From a virus (lineage: Duplodnaviria; Caudoviricetes): a DNA stretch of 64,000 nucleotides. Of this stretch, positions 27,417 to 36,519 are shown piece by piece. The stretch covers positions 12,964-76,963 of the IMG/VR virus record IMGVR_UViG_3300037424_001593. The stretch is one strand, 5' to 3'. Each line of letters begins with the position of its first letter. Position 1 is the stretch's first letter. Under the pieces are notes generated by a model that saw only the letters and a list, made by a program, of their open reading frames with translations, made no database searches and was not told the DNA's origin. Made by a program: the position numbers and the translations under genes.

Positions 27417-27889
27417 TGACCAACGGTCTGAACGGCCTCGGCGACGGCACGACCTCCCGCGAAGAGCAGATGGCGCTCCAACAAATCGCCATCGCCAACG
27501 CGGGGATCTTGCAGTTCGCCATCCCGCACGCGCCTCCGCAGGAGCTGGTCGGACGGCTCGTTCAGGCGTTCGTCACCCAGCCCGACCTCGCGGAAGAGGT
27601 GCTCTCCATCGTGGCGGACCCGGACGCGCGTGTGAGTCATCCGGTGTGGGGCGTGAAAATCGTCCGCACGTCGGACGAGTTCATGCTCGCGCACGTGCAC
27701 GCGCGCAAAGTGCTCGATCCGAACTCACCCACGTACGCTGCGGAGCTCGGCAATTGGCTTCTCATTCTCGCGTACGTCACGACGCCCGCATGCCGGGTTG
27801 CGTGGGGTCCGCTCGGCGTGCGCGTGGAGTTCTACCAAGCCAAAGACGACACACAGAAACCTGCGCTCCCTGAAGTCACGGGCGGTTGA
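27416..27889 (+). CDS. Hypothetical protein with N-terminal LNGLG motif
   Basis: MTNGLNGLGDG. Confidence 0.6.
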   Translation: MTNGLNGLGDGTTSREEQMALQQIAIANAGILQFAIPHAPPQELVGRLVQAFVTQPDLAEEVLSIVADPDARVSHPVWGVKIVRTSDEFMLAHVHARKVLDPNSPTYAAELGNWLLILAYVTTPACRVAWGPLGVRVEFYQAKDDTQKPALPEVTGG

Positions 27890-27898
27890 GGATCACAG

Positions 27899-28186
27899 AT
27901 GGCACAGAGCAAAACGACCAAGAAGCGCGTCGCCCGGACAACCGGTAGCGACCACCTCACGACCCTTCTGAAGAAGGGGTGTACCACGGAGCAGTACGCA
28001 GAGGCTGCGGGCGTCGAGATCTCGACAGCGCGTGTGCGTCTTCGCGCTGCGCTGCAGAACAAAGAGATCGTGCGGTACATGCCCACGCCCTCGAAGGACG
28101 AACAGAAGGCACGCTCGAGCGCAACGCTCTTGAGCTACGGCACGGCGACGCGAGTCCGCCGCAAGCCCCACTACAAGTTTGCCTGA
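27899..28186 (+). CDS. Small helix-turn-helix DNA-binding protein
   Basis: TTEQYAEAAGVEISTARVRL. Confidence 0.6.
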   Translation: MAQSKTTKKRVARTTGSDHLTTLLKKGCTTEQYAEAAGVEISTARVRLRAALQNKEIVRYMPTPSKDEQKARSSATLLSYGTATRVRRKPHYKFA

Positions 28187-28210
28187 GGGCGGACTTGCGT
28201 CTCGGACGCT

Positions 28211-28397
28211 CGTGCGTTCGAGTCTCACGATGATGCACGCAGACCCGGCACGTTTCTTCGTGGGCACGACGAAGCGTGTTCTCCCCCACTGCAGCGCATC
28301 TTCGTGAGACTCGAGAGCACGGCTGTAAGCCCAAAATCTTGGTTGCACCCAAGACTTTGCGGTGGGCCGCCCGTTGTCGCGTGCAAGCGCTGCGGGC
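28211..28397 (+). ncRNA. Candidate structured RNA upstream of DNA polymerase
   Basis: 26-bp stem 28211-28236/28296-28321, inner hairpin, two further hairpins with complementary loops TTGCAC/GTGCAA. Confidence 0.6.
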
Positions 28398-28422
28398 ACT
28401 CTCGACTTTTTAGGGGTGGACG

Positions 28423-31400
28423 ATGGCCGACGGTGAAGTGACGACGCTCGAGACATTCAGCCCGGAGCTCGCAGATTGCGAGGTCTGTTCGCTGCGCGAG
28501 GCGTGCGCCGCACGCAAGTTCGCCACGTCGTTCGTGGGCCCGAAGTACAAGCGCGGCGGACTCATGGTCGTCGGTGAGATGCCGACGCGTCGCGACATCC
28601 AGCAGGGCATCGCGTTCTCAGGACGCGAGGGCGAGCTCTTGCGCGGTATCCTCGGCGACGAGCTCGCGCACATCGATCCTGCCACCGTGTGGTTCACGAA
28701 CGCCTTGCTCACAGAGCAGCCGGGTCTTCGTGGCGCGAAGAACGACGCGAATAAGAAGGCTGCGCTCGCGCAGTACGCAAAGAACCTCTACGCGTGTCAG
28801 CCGCGGCTTGTTGCTGAGATCGAGTACGCGCAGCCTCGCGTCATCGTCACGCTCGGGCAGGGTGCGCTCGACGCGCTTACCTCGCGCGAAGAGCAGAAGG
28901 TGCGGCTCATCGACGTGCCGTGCGAGCACTGCGATCCCGTAGACCGCAAGATCGGGCCCTTCATGGTGTGCGCCGGGTCCGTGCACAGCGAGGACGAGAC
29001 CGTCGTCGGGTGCAAGCACCGCACGCCGCTCCCGGACGTCACCCTGTGGTTCGAGAAGCGCCGCGCGCATTTGTCTGCGCTGCTCGAGGCCTACGACGAG
29101 GGCGTCATCATGAACGACGCCCACCGTGAAGATCCGGAGCGCATGGCGCGACAGCACGCGCTCGATGCGCACGTCGCGCAGGCGAACGATCCCACAAAGT
29201 GCTGGCGTGCGTGGTGGCTCGAGCAGAACGCGGGCGTGTGCCCGACGTGCAAGAGCTCGATGCGGAAGATCCGCCCGAAGCGCATCGCGTGCGACGTTTG
29301 CGGGGGCAAGAAGAAGCGGCAGGAGATCGAGACGCTCTTCGTGCGGGAGTACACGCTCACGGGCCGTGAGGGCGCTGTCGGTGCGGTCATCGCTGCGCCG
29401 GGATTCGCCGACCTCGGTGTGAAGTACATCATCCCTACCTACGCGATGGACGCGCTCCTCGTACCTGCGCGTGATGGCGCAAAGGGCGGCAAGACGGGCG
29501 GCACGCTGCAGTTCGGGCAGTACGCGGCGCGCCCGTGCGTCGATCACTTCTCGAAGGCGAGACGGCTGCTCACGCGGGACGCTGTGTTCAACGTCGATGT
29601 GATCACGACCGAGGGCATGAGCTCGGAAGAAGCAGCCGAGCTCGTACGCGACTACACAGCGGAGCCGGGCACGTACACGGTCGATATCGAGACCGACAGC
29701 ATGGACGGCGCGTGGAAGGTCACGTGCATCACGTGCATCGGGATCAACCGCATCGACTGGGACGACGCGCTCGTTGTCGATACGCGCTGGATCGGTGGAC
29801 GCTGGCACGAAGGCGATCCGCTCTACGAGGCGCTCGGTGACTTCCTCGCAGACGAGGCAAAGAAGAAGGTGCTGCACAACGCGCCCTACGATCGCGTCGT
29901 CATGCTCCGCCTGTGGGGCTTCGTGACCGAAGGCGTCGAGGCCGACACGATGCTCGCGCACAACGCGTGCTACCCGGACGAGGAGCACAACCTCGGGTTC
30001 TGCGCGCACGAGCTCACCGACGCGCCGATGTGGAAGGGCGGCGGCGTCACGAAGCAGAAGTTCGACGAGCACAAGCTCTTGTCGGGCTACCGCACGTTCC
30101 CTGACCTCGCGCTCTACAACGCGCGCGACCTTCGTGCGACGAGCAAGGTGCGCGACGCGCTCCTTGGGTACAACGGCAAGGCGCACGGGCGCGTGGACTT
30201 CGAGAAGGTGCGCGAGGTCTTCAACACCGACATGCGAATGCAGGCGTACTGCATCGACATGGAGGTCAACGGGATGCCGCTCAACCGCAAGCACTTGCAG
30301 CTCGTGGACGAAGGGAAGTCCAAAGACGTTGCGCTGCTTCTGAGCGACATGCGGCAGTTCGTGGGTGAGTGCCCGCCCGAGATCCTCGGTAAGAACGAGC
30401 AGTGGCGCCCCACAGGCAAGATGCTCCAGTGGGCGCTCTACGACCCAACGGGTCCGCTCGGCTTGCCCGTGCTCAAATCGACAACCAAGGGCGGCTCCAC
30501 GGACAAAGACACGCTGCAGCAGCACATCAGCGTTCCGTTCGTCCGGACGCTCGTGCAGTACAACAAAGAGGAGTACGTGCTCGCGCACTACGTGCGAAGC
30601 AGCGAGCTCGAGACCGCAGAGGATGGGCGGCTGCATCCGCAGTGGAAGTGCCACGGCGCGCGCACAGGGCGCTTCACCTCGTACCCGAACATGCAGAACT
30701 GGCCGCGCTGGATGCGGCAGGCGTTCACAGCGCCCAAGGGCCGTAAGCTCGTCGGCGCGGACCAAAGCCAGCTCGAGATGCGCATCATGGCTGCGCTCAG
30801 CGGCGACGCGGAGATGATCCACCGCTGCGCGACGGCGAACGAGAAGGACAAGCTCAACCCGGAAGCTGATCCGCACAGTTACATGGCGAGCAAGACGTTC
30901 GGCGCCGCGTTCACGGATAAGAACATGGCCGATCCGCTCCACTACAAGGCGGCGCCCGGACAGCGCGCGTGTAAATGCGAGACGTGTCAGCGCTCGATGC
31001 TGCGCGAGATCGTCAAGCGCGTCGTGTACGGCCTGAACTACGGCGCAGGCGCGCAGACCGTGCTCGATGCGATCTATGACGCTGGCTACGACGGACCTGC
31101 GCTCGACGTGCGCGAGATCGAACGCGTCACCGCGGTCTACTTCCGCACGTTCCCGGGCGTGCCGATCTGGCGCAACAACACGTACAACGCAGCGCTGCGT
31201 GACCGCGAGATCCGAAGCCCGCTGCTCGGCAGACACCGCATCTTTCCGCTCGGCAGCGTCGATCCCTCGGTCGTGTACAACTACCCGATCCAGAGCGGCG
31301 GCGCGGACATCATGGCGCTCGGCCTCATGCGGCTGATGCCCGACCTCGCAGCCGTCGATCCGACCGCTGTGCTCATCGCGCAGATCCACGACGCCATCTA

Positions 31401-31548
31401 CTTCGAGTGCGACGAAGATCGCGCGCACGCTGTGGGCGAGCTCATCACCGAGCGCATGAGCGCTGAGCACGTGCTTGCACCTGGAGCGCCCGCGATGCCG
31501 TTCGTGATGAAGGCCAAGATCGGTGACGATCTATTCGTATTGAGCTGA
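28423..31548 (+). CDS. polA: Family A DNA polymerase with N-terminal UDG family-4-like domain and 3'-5' exonuclease
   Basis: CxxC..VVGEMP..F.G..G (UDG-like); DIETD/HNAPYD/YNARD (exo); DQSQLEMR, KRVVYGLNYG, QIHDA (pol motifs A, B, C). Confidence 0.9.
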   Translation: MADGEVTTLETFSPELADCEVCSLREACAARKFATSFVGPKYKRGGLMVVGEMPTRRDIQQGIAFSGREGELLRGILGDELAHIDPATVWFTNALLTEQPGLRGAKNDANKKAALAQYAKNLYACQPRLVAEIEYAQPRVIVTLGQGALDALTSREEQKVRLIDVPCEHCDPVDRKIGPFMVCAGSVHSEDETVVGCKHRTPLPDVTLWFEKRRAHLSALLEAYDEGVIMNDAHREDPERMARQHALDAHVAQANDPTKCWRAWWLEQNAGVCPTCKSSMRKIRPKRIACDVCGGKKKRQEIETLFVREYTLTGREGAVGAVIAAPGFADLGVKYIIPTYAMDALLVPARDGAKGGKTGGTLQFGQYAARPCVDHFSKARRLLTRDAVFNVDVITTEGMSSEEAAELVRDYTAEPGTYTVDIETDSMDGAWKVTCITCIGINRIDWDDALVVDTRWIGGRWHEGDPLYEALGDFLADEAKKKVLHNAPYDRVVMLRLWGFVTEGVEADTMLAHNACYPDEEHNLGFCAHELTDAPMWKGGGVTKQKFDEHKLLSGYRTFPDLALYNARDLRATSKVRDALLGYNGKAHGRVDFEKVREVFNTDMRMQAYCIDMEVNGMPLNRKHLQLVDEGKSKDVALLLSDMRQFVGECPPEILGKNEQWRPTGKMLQWALYDPTGPLGLPVLKSTTKGGSTDKDTLQQHISVPFVRTLVQYNKEEYVLAHYVRSSELETAEDGRLHPQWKCHGARTGRFTSYPNMQNWPRWMRQAFTAPKGRKLVGADQSQLEMRIMAALSGDAEMIHRCATANEKDKLNPEADPHSYMASKTFGAAFTDKNMADPLHYKAAPGQRACKCETCQRSMLREIVKRVVYGLNYGAGAQTVLDAIYDAGYDGPALDVREIERVTAVYFRTFPGVPIWRNNTYNAALRDREIRSPLLGRHRIFPLGSVDPSVVYNYPIQSGGADIMALGLMRLMPDLAAVDPTAVLIAQIHDAIYFECDEDRAHAVGELITERMSAEHVLAPGAPAMPFVMKAKIGDDLFVLS

Positions 31549-31561
31549 GGAGGAGAACACA

Positions 31562-32122
31562 GTGAGCATTCTAGACGAGACACAGCGACGCATCTACGTC
31601 GCCGCATCGAGCGCCACAAGCCAGCGGGCGCGCGTACGCGCGTTTCACGACGCCGTCGTCGAGCAAGGTTGGGTGCACTCGCACCCGTGGCTCGATCGGC
31701 TCGAGCAGGTCGAGGCCGCAGGGGAAAAGCCCACAGACGGTGTGATCGCGCGCTGCGCGTACGAGGACTACCTCGGCGTCATGTTCGCGCATGTGTTCGT
31801 GTTCCTGGTGCCGCCGGTGGGTTTCCGCACGAACGCAACGGCGGAGTTCGGGATGGCGCTCGGTCTAGGGGTGCCGAAGATCATGCTCGTCGGCGCGCCG
31901 GCTGATGTGGACGCGGAGTTTTTCTCGTACCTGCGGCTCTTGCCGGACGCAGCGTTTGCGAACATCATTACTGTGAGCACAGACGCCGAAGCGCTCTCTG
32001 TCTTGCAGTACGCGCGCGAGTCCTCGCTCAAGTTCGCGAGCATGATGGGCAAGCTGTTCAACACCCTCACGCCACGAGAGCAAGAGCTCGCCACGCGCCT
32101 CAACAAAGGAGAGAGCCGATGA
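31562..32122 (+). CDS. Nucleoside 2-deoxyribosyltransferase-like protein
   Basis: RIYVA ... D..GV..A..FVF ... AEFGMALG. Confidence 0.65.
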   Translation: MSILDETQRRIYVAASSATSQRARVRAFHDAVVEQGWVHSHPWLDRLEQVEAAGEKPTDGVIARCAYEDYLGVMFAHVFVFLVPPVGFRTNATAEFGMALGLGVPKIMLVGAPADVDAEFFSYLRLLPDAAFANIITVSTDAEALSVLQYARESSLKFASMMGKLFNTLTPREQELATRLNKGESR

Positions 32123-32472
32123 CCCCGTTTCAGCTAGACCCAGAAGATCGCAGCGACATGCTCAACAAAATGCGCGAAGAGCTCGCGTGGCTGCCTGAGA
32201 CGATGACACGCGAAGACGCAATCGAGCTCCTAATCCAGTATTCGACCGTCGTCTCCGCAATCACCGTGGGCATGGGCTTCCAAACGATGGCGCAGTGCGT
32301 GCTCGGGGCGAAGGCTGCAGATGTGCCCGCGGCAGACGCGCTCGCAGCGCTCGTAGGCACAAGCGAGGAGGTGCTGGCGGAGATCAAAACCGAGGTCGAG
32401 CGAGTAGCCGCGGATCACGTCGCATGGATCGCCGAGCGCAAAGCCGCGCTCGAAGCGGCGAAGGCGCTCTGA
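32119..32472 (+). CDS. Hypothetical helical protein
   Basis: RBS and overlaps. Confidence 0.55.
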   Translation: MTPFQLDPEDRSDMLNKMREELAWLPETMTREDAIELLIQYSTVVSAITVGMGFQTMAQCVLGAKAADVPAADALAALVGTSEEVLAEIKTEVERVAADHVAWIAERKAALEAAKAL

Positions 32473-33392
32473 TGTCCACAGTGAAGTACTTCGCGTTCGA
32501 TCTCGAGACGAGCGGCCTCGATCCGGAGCGTGGCGCTGAGATCCTCAGCTTCGCGTTCATCCTCCTCGGCGACAAGCTCGAGGTGCTCGAGGAGGGCGAG
32601 GCGTTCATCCTCCCGACGCGTCCCGTCGCGTCGGAAGCTGCGAAGGTGAACGGCTACACGCGCGAGCTCTGGGAGGAACGCGGCGCGATGCCGCTCGCAG
32701 AGTTCAAGGACGTGCTCGTAGGGCTGTTGCGCGAGTACAAGTGCAAGCGCGTGAAGCCGCTCGGACACAACGTTGCGTTCGACCTCGGGTTCTTGCACTA
32801 CGAAGGCCGCAAGGACCCAGGCTTTGGGCTCGTGCTGCGTGACGCGCTCAACTTCAAGAGTACGTGCACGCTCAACCTCGCGTCCGAGATCGACGAAGCG
32901 TGGCAGGTCACCGCGCCCTCGTACAAGCTCGGCGAGCTCACGCGGCGCTATGGTATCACGCTCGACAACGCGCACGATGCGCTCGCGGACATCCGCGCGA
33001 CTGTGGCCCTACATCGTGCGCTGCTACAACAGATCAAACGCGGAGAAGCGCCGCCTGCACCACCCCCGGCGTCGTTCCTCGAGCTCCGTGGCGGCGCGTG
33101 GTGCTATCGCGTCGGGCGACACAAGGGCAAGACGCTCGAGGAGGCCGGGTACAGTTACGCGACATGGGCGTACAACGAAGTCGATCTGCCGAGCGATGAG
33201 CGTCGAGCTCTCGGCGCGCAGATCCAACGCTTCAAGGATGCGAAGACGAACGCGTCTGTGCGTGTCGGCGGCAAGCCCTTCGCATGCCCGTGCGGCTGCG
33301 CGGTCTTCACGAAGTCGGGGCCGCAGTACGAGTGCAATAGCTGCCGAGCGCTCTACCACGGGACGCCGGACGCCGGTCGATCGACCCCTTGA
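32472..33392 (+). CDS. DnaQ-like DEDDh exonuclease with C-terminal GRHKG domain and Zn ribbon
   Basis: FDLETSG, GHNVAFD, HDALAD; VGRHKGKTL...Y..W; CPCGC...CNSC. Confidence 0.8.
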   Translation: MSTVKYFAFDLETSGLDPERGAEILSFAFILLGDKLEVLEEGEAFILPTRPVASEAAKVNGYTRELWEERGAMPLAEFKDVLVGLLREYKCKRVKPLGHNVAFDLGFLHYEGRKDPGFGLVLRDALNFKSTCTLNLASEIDEAWQVTAPSYKLGELTRRYGITLDNAHDALADIRATVALHRALLQQIKRGEAPPAPPPASFLELRGGAWCYRVGRHKGKTLEEAGYSYATWAYNEVDLPSDERRALGAQIQRFKDAKTNASVRVGGKPFACPCGCAVFTKSGPQYECNSCRALYHGTPDAGRSTP

Positions 33393-33560
33393 AAGACGAA
33401 GGGCGGGAGTAGATTGCTCTACCGTCCGCCTCCCCGCTGCTCGTGATTTTCCGAAGAAAACGCAAGACTTGCTGGAGACCCCATAGTGGCCCAAGCGGGC
33501 GCAGCCCGCAAGCCCCTTTCCTTACGTGCATCGTACGTGCTACACGTGGTGTCAGCGCTG

Positions 33561-33848
33561 ATGCCTCGACTGAGTTTCCACGCAACGCCCGCGTTAGCAC
33601 GCGAGATCAAGAAACGAGTCCACCCGCCTGACACCAACATGTCAGACGTGATACGTGGCTTGATCGAAGCCGGGCTTGGGCAGAGTCCAGACGAGATCGC
33701 CGCGACGCAGGTTGCGATGCGCGCACGGGGCACGCAGCAACTCATCGTCAACAAGCTCTACAAGGCGCTGCACAAGGCGATACACGAAGCCTCGGACGCG
33801 GTGCTGAGCGAGTTCGTGACGCTCGACGAGCCTGACGAGGAAGGATGA
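33561..33848 (+). CDS. Ribbon-helix-helix transcription regulator
   Basis: MPRLSFHATPALAREIKKR....NMSDVIRGLIEAGL. Confidence 0.65.
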   Translation: MPRLSFHATPALAREIKKRVHPPDTNMSDVIRGLIEAGLGQSPDEIAATQVAMRARGTQQLIVNKLYKALHKAIHEASDAVLSEFVTLDEPDEEG

Positions 33849-34555
33849 CGGCGCCCTCAGACGGCGACGCGCCCGCAAAGGGCGATGGGTACCGGCGAAA
33901 GTCGCATGCGGGGCGCTATCTGCGCGCGCAGTGCGGAGGGCTCACGCCAGCACAAGTCCGCGCGTGGCTCACGCAGTTCGATCCGGTCGTCAAGCTCGTC
34001 GTGCGAAATCTGCATCGTAAGAACCCACACGCAACGCTCGAGCTCGAGGACCTGCTCTCGGTAGGGCAGATGGCGGTGCTCGAGGCCTGTCAGACCTTCA
34101 AAGAGGGCGCAGGCGGAACGCTCCGCACGTGGGTCGGCAACGTGATCCGCTGGCGCGTCGCCGCTGCGATCGAAGAGGTAAGCGAGACCTGGGTCCTCAA
34201 CCTCGACAACTTTGGCCCTGCGTACGCAAGCAAGCAACACGCAAAATGGGCGCCAAGAGTGCGTAGATACGATGCACCGGATGCTGCTGCGGATGGGCAC
34301 GACGGTGCGGAACTGTACTACGTACAGGTGTCTCGGGACGGCGGGCGTCCCGATCCATTTGCACAACTTGAGGCACGGGAAGAGCTCGCTGATTTCATAG
34401 ACCGTATTGATCGCGGCTTCGATACGTCAGGGCAGGCCGCGGCGTTCTCCGCCGATCGGCTCGCGAGCGTGGAAGAAGCGTTGCTTCCACTGCAAGCGCC
34501 CTTTCCACCCAAAGTGGTGAAGCGCCCGCAGACTCGACTCAAACGCGTGGGGTAG
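33845..34555 (+). CDS. Phage sigma70-family factor (region 2 clear, region 4 not recognisable)
   Basis: ELEDLLSVGQMAVLEACQTF...G.TLRTWVGNVIRWRV matches region 2 consensus. Confidence 0.75.
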   Translation: MTAPSDGDAPAKGDGYRRKSHAGRYLRAQCGGLTPAQVRAWLTQFDPVVKLVVRNLHRKNPHATLELEDLLSVGQMAVLEACQTFKEGAGGTLRTWVGNVIRWRVAAAIEEVSETWVLNLDNFGPAYASKQHAKWAPRVRRYDAPDAAADGHDGAELYYVQVSRDGGRPDPFAQLEAREELADFIDRIDRGFDTSGQAAAFSADRLASVEEALLPLQAPFPPKVVKRPQTRLKRVG

Positions 34556-34584
34556 CGCACAGCCGAAGGGCCTGCTTACCCGGT

Positions 34585-34599
34585 CTCGTGGGATAAGAA
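34585..34599 (+). promoter_or_regulatory. Putative late promoter CTCGTGGGATAAGAA
   Basis: 15-bp identity with the copy at 51931..51945 (minus strand); 18 nt upstream of ATG 34617. Confidence 0.7.
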
Positions 34600-34616
34600 C
34601 AGAGGACGCTCCCACT

Positions 34617-35152
34617 ATGGCCGACACAAAAACGCTCCTCTACGCCACGTTCGCAGGTGCTGCGACCGGCGCCGTTGCTTGGTTCCTCCTGCGCCCAATC
34701 GTGGACAAGGGGATCGAGTCGTCGCTGCGCACCCAGCTCGAGCGACAAATCCCCGAACAGCTCAACCGCGAGCTCGACAGCAAACTTCGGCAGTACGGCT
34801 TCACGCCGGAGACCGGGCAGCAGATCGCGCGCCTTCTCGCGACGCTCGATCGCACAGGGATCCTCTGATGGCCCGCAAGCGCAAGCGCCGGGGGCTTCGC
34901 GGAGTTTTGCCTCCGGGGACGACGCTTCCGATCATCGTCGCGAGCCTCGCGAGCTTCGGCGTTTTTACGACGTTCCTGCTCGCGCGCGCCAAGGCGAAGG
35001 AAGGCGAGCTCGCGGCGCTCGGCGAGCAGCTCGCGCCGCAGATCGCGGAGGCCGCGGTCAGGCGGTACATCAACGAGCGCTTCGGCTTCACGCCCGAGCG
35101 TCTGCAGAGCATCACGAGCCGGGTCAACATGATCCAGTCCCTCACGCGGTGA
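34617..35152 (+). CDS. Two paralogous small membrane proteins (34617..34868, 34868..35152)
   Basis: N-terminal TM; both contain FLL...Q...GFTPE..Q.I. Confidence 0.7.
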
Positions 35153-35155
35153 CCC

Positions 35156-35443
35156 ATGGCGAATCAGGATGATACCGTCTACTGGACAAACGCCCTTGTG
35201 CACACGGGTCTGCGTGCGCTGATCTTGTGGCCGTTTGTGCGTTTCGTAGGGGGTGTCGAGGGCGCGCGTGGCATCGCGACGACCATGCTCGCTGCGGGTG
35301 CGTGCACGGGCGCGCAGATCATGTACGAGCGCACGACGCTCCCTCGGCTTCCGCTGCAGGGACCGCGTTTGATACCTACAGCGCAGCAGCCCACCGTCAT
35401 CCCGGGCGTCGTGATTGACGTACCTGAGGGTTCAAATGTATGA
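35156..35443 (+). CDS. Small membrane protein
   Basis: Two hydrophobic stretches. Confidence 0.55.
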   Translation: MANQDDTVYWTNALVHTGLRALILWPFVRFVGGVEGARGIATTMLAAGACTGAQIMYERTTLPRLPLQGPRLIPTAQQPTVIPGVVIDVPEGSNV

Positions 35444-36087
35444 CTCCGTTCCTGTTTTTGGTGGAACAAAGTAGCGGCATCAGCCTTTCGATAGGCGAGG
35501 CGATTGGGGGCGGCGGAGGGATCGCTGCGGTGAGTATCTTGCTTGGTACGTTGCTCAAGGCGTACACGGTCAAGAGCGCGGGTGAGACCAAGACAGATGT
35601 CGTCTCGATCCGCGAGGAAACCGGACGCATCAAGCACGCGCGCGAGCTCGACAAGGAAGAGCGAGATCGTGAGAGCACGGTGGCGGAGCGGCAACTCGAG
35701 CGCATGGCTCAGGAACTGCACCGCGAGCGCACGTTGCGACTCAACGACACGACGGCGCTCGAGTTTCAGTACCAACAGCTCGGCGCGCTCACCGCCGAGA
35801 ACTCTATCTACAAAGAGGAGAAGGAAGCCTTGCTTGCCGAACGCCAGGTGACTCTCGAGCGGCTTTCGCGCGTCGAAAAGCAGCTGGAAGAGTGCCACGA
35901 CGGTCACGCCGCGATGAGTCACAATCTGCGGATGACGAACGAGTACATCAAGGAGCTCATCACCTGGGTGCAGTCCTCGTTCGAGCCTTCGAGCGCGCGC
36001 ACCACGCTCAAGCCGCCACCTGAAAAACCTCGTTTTACGCCTCCCTTTGACACCCCAGCTGTGGGTATAGAGAAGAAGTCCACCTGA
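35440..36087 (+). CDS. TM plus coiled-coil protein, possible holin/inner-spanin-like lysis factor
   Basis: N-terminal GGGGIAAVSILLG TM, long heptad region, in lysis cluster. Confidence 0.5.
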   Translation: MTPFLFLVEQSSGISLSIGEAIGGGGGIAAVSILLGTLLKAYTVKSAGETKTDVVSIREETGRIKHARELDKEERDRESTVAERQLERMAQELHRERTLRLNDTTALEFQYQQLGALTAENSIYKEEKEALLAERQVTLERLSRVEKQLEECHDGHAAMSHNLRMTNEYIKELITWVQSSFEPSSARTTLKPPPEKPRFTPPFDTPAVGIEKKST

Positions 36088-36109
36088 CACAGCAAACGAG
36101 GTACCCCTG

Positions 36110-36514
36110 ATGCGTTTTTTCCTGTTCCTATTTCTCACCGGGTGCGCGATGACGCCGCTCGAGCAGCACATCCGCTCCGCGCGTGACGTAGATCGGCTCA
36201 ACGACACCGTCGTCGAGTCGCTCACGGCATACTGCAGCGCAGCCCAAACCGTGGCGCTTTGCGCGGAGTATATCGTGGCGCCACAACGGGCTGTCGCGAG
36301 CGCGCTCGACGCCTGGGTCGAAGAGCTCGACCGAGCAAGGGCTGCGGGACGCTGGGAAGATCCGCAAGACGGCGTCGCAGCCGCAAACGTTGGCGTCGCG
36401 TACGACGCGCTCGCCGCTGTGTGTCGGGAGCAGCACATCGAAGACCTTCCACCGCTGCCGTCGTCGTACTGCGAGCACACGGGCGCGCAGTCCTGTCCCA
36501 CACAAGAGGAGTGA
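36110..36514 (+). CDS. Lipoprotein in lysis module (possible outer spanin-like)
   Basis: MRFFLFLFLTGC lipobox. Confidence 0.6.
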   Translation: MRFFLFLFLTGCAMTPLEQHIRSARDVDRLNDTVVESLTAYCSAAQTVALCAEYIVAPQRAVASALDAWVEELDRARAAGRWEDPQDGVAAANVGVAYDALAAVCREQHIEDLPPLPSSYCEHTGAQSCPTQEE

Positions 36515-36519
36515 TCGTC

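Noticed and set aside
28212-28228. tRNA (GTTCGAGTC T-loop-like)
   Set aside because: No acceptor, D or anticodon arms; the sequence is part of a longer 26-bp helix.
28780-29400. Intein in the polymerase
   Set aside because: Insert lacks a Cys/Ser start, His-Asn end and LAGLIDADG motifs; it looks like a Zn-binding extension.
28618-31470. Long antisense ORFs (also 7270..8931+, 18127..19320-, 56629..57990-, 25018..25956-)
   Set aside because: Shadow frames of real genes, typical of high GC; no motifs.
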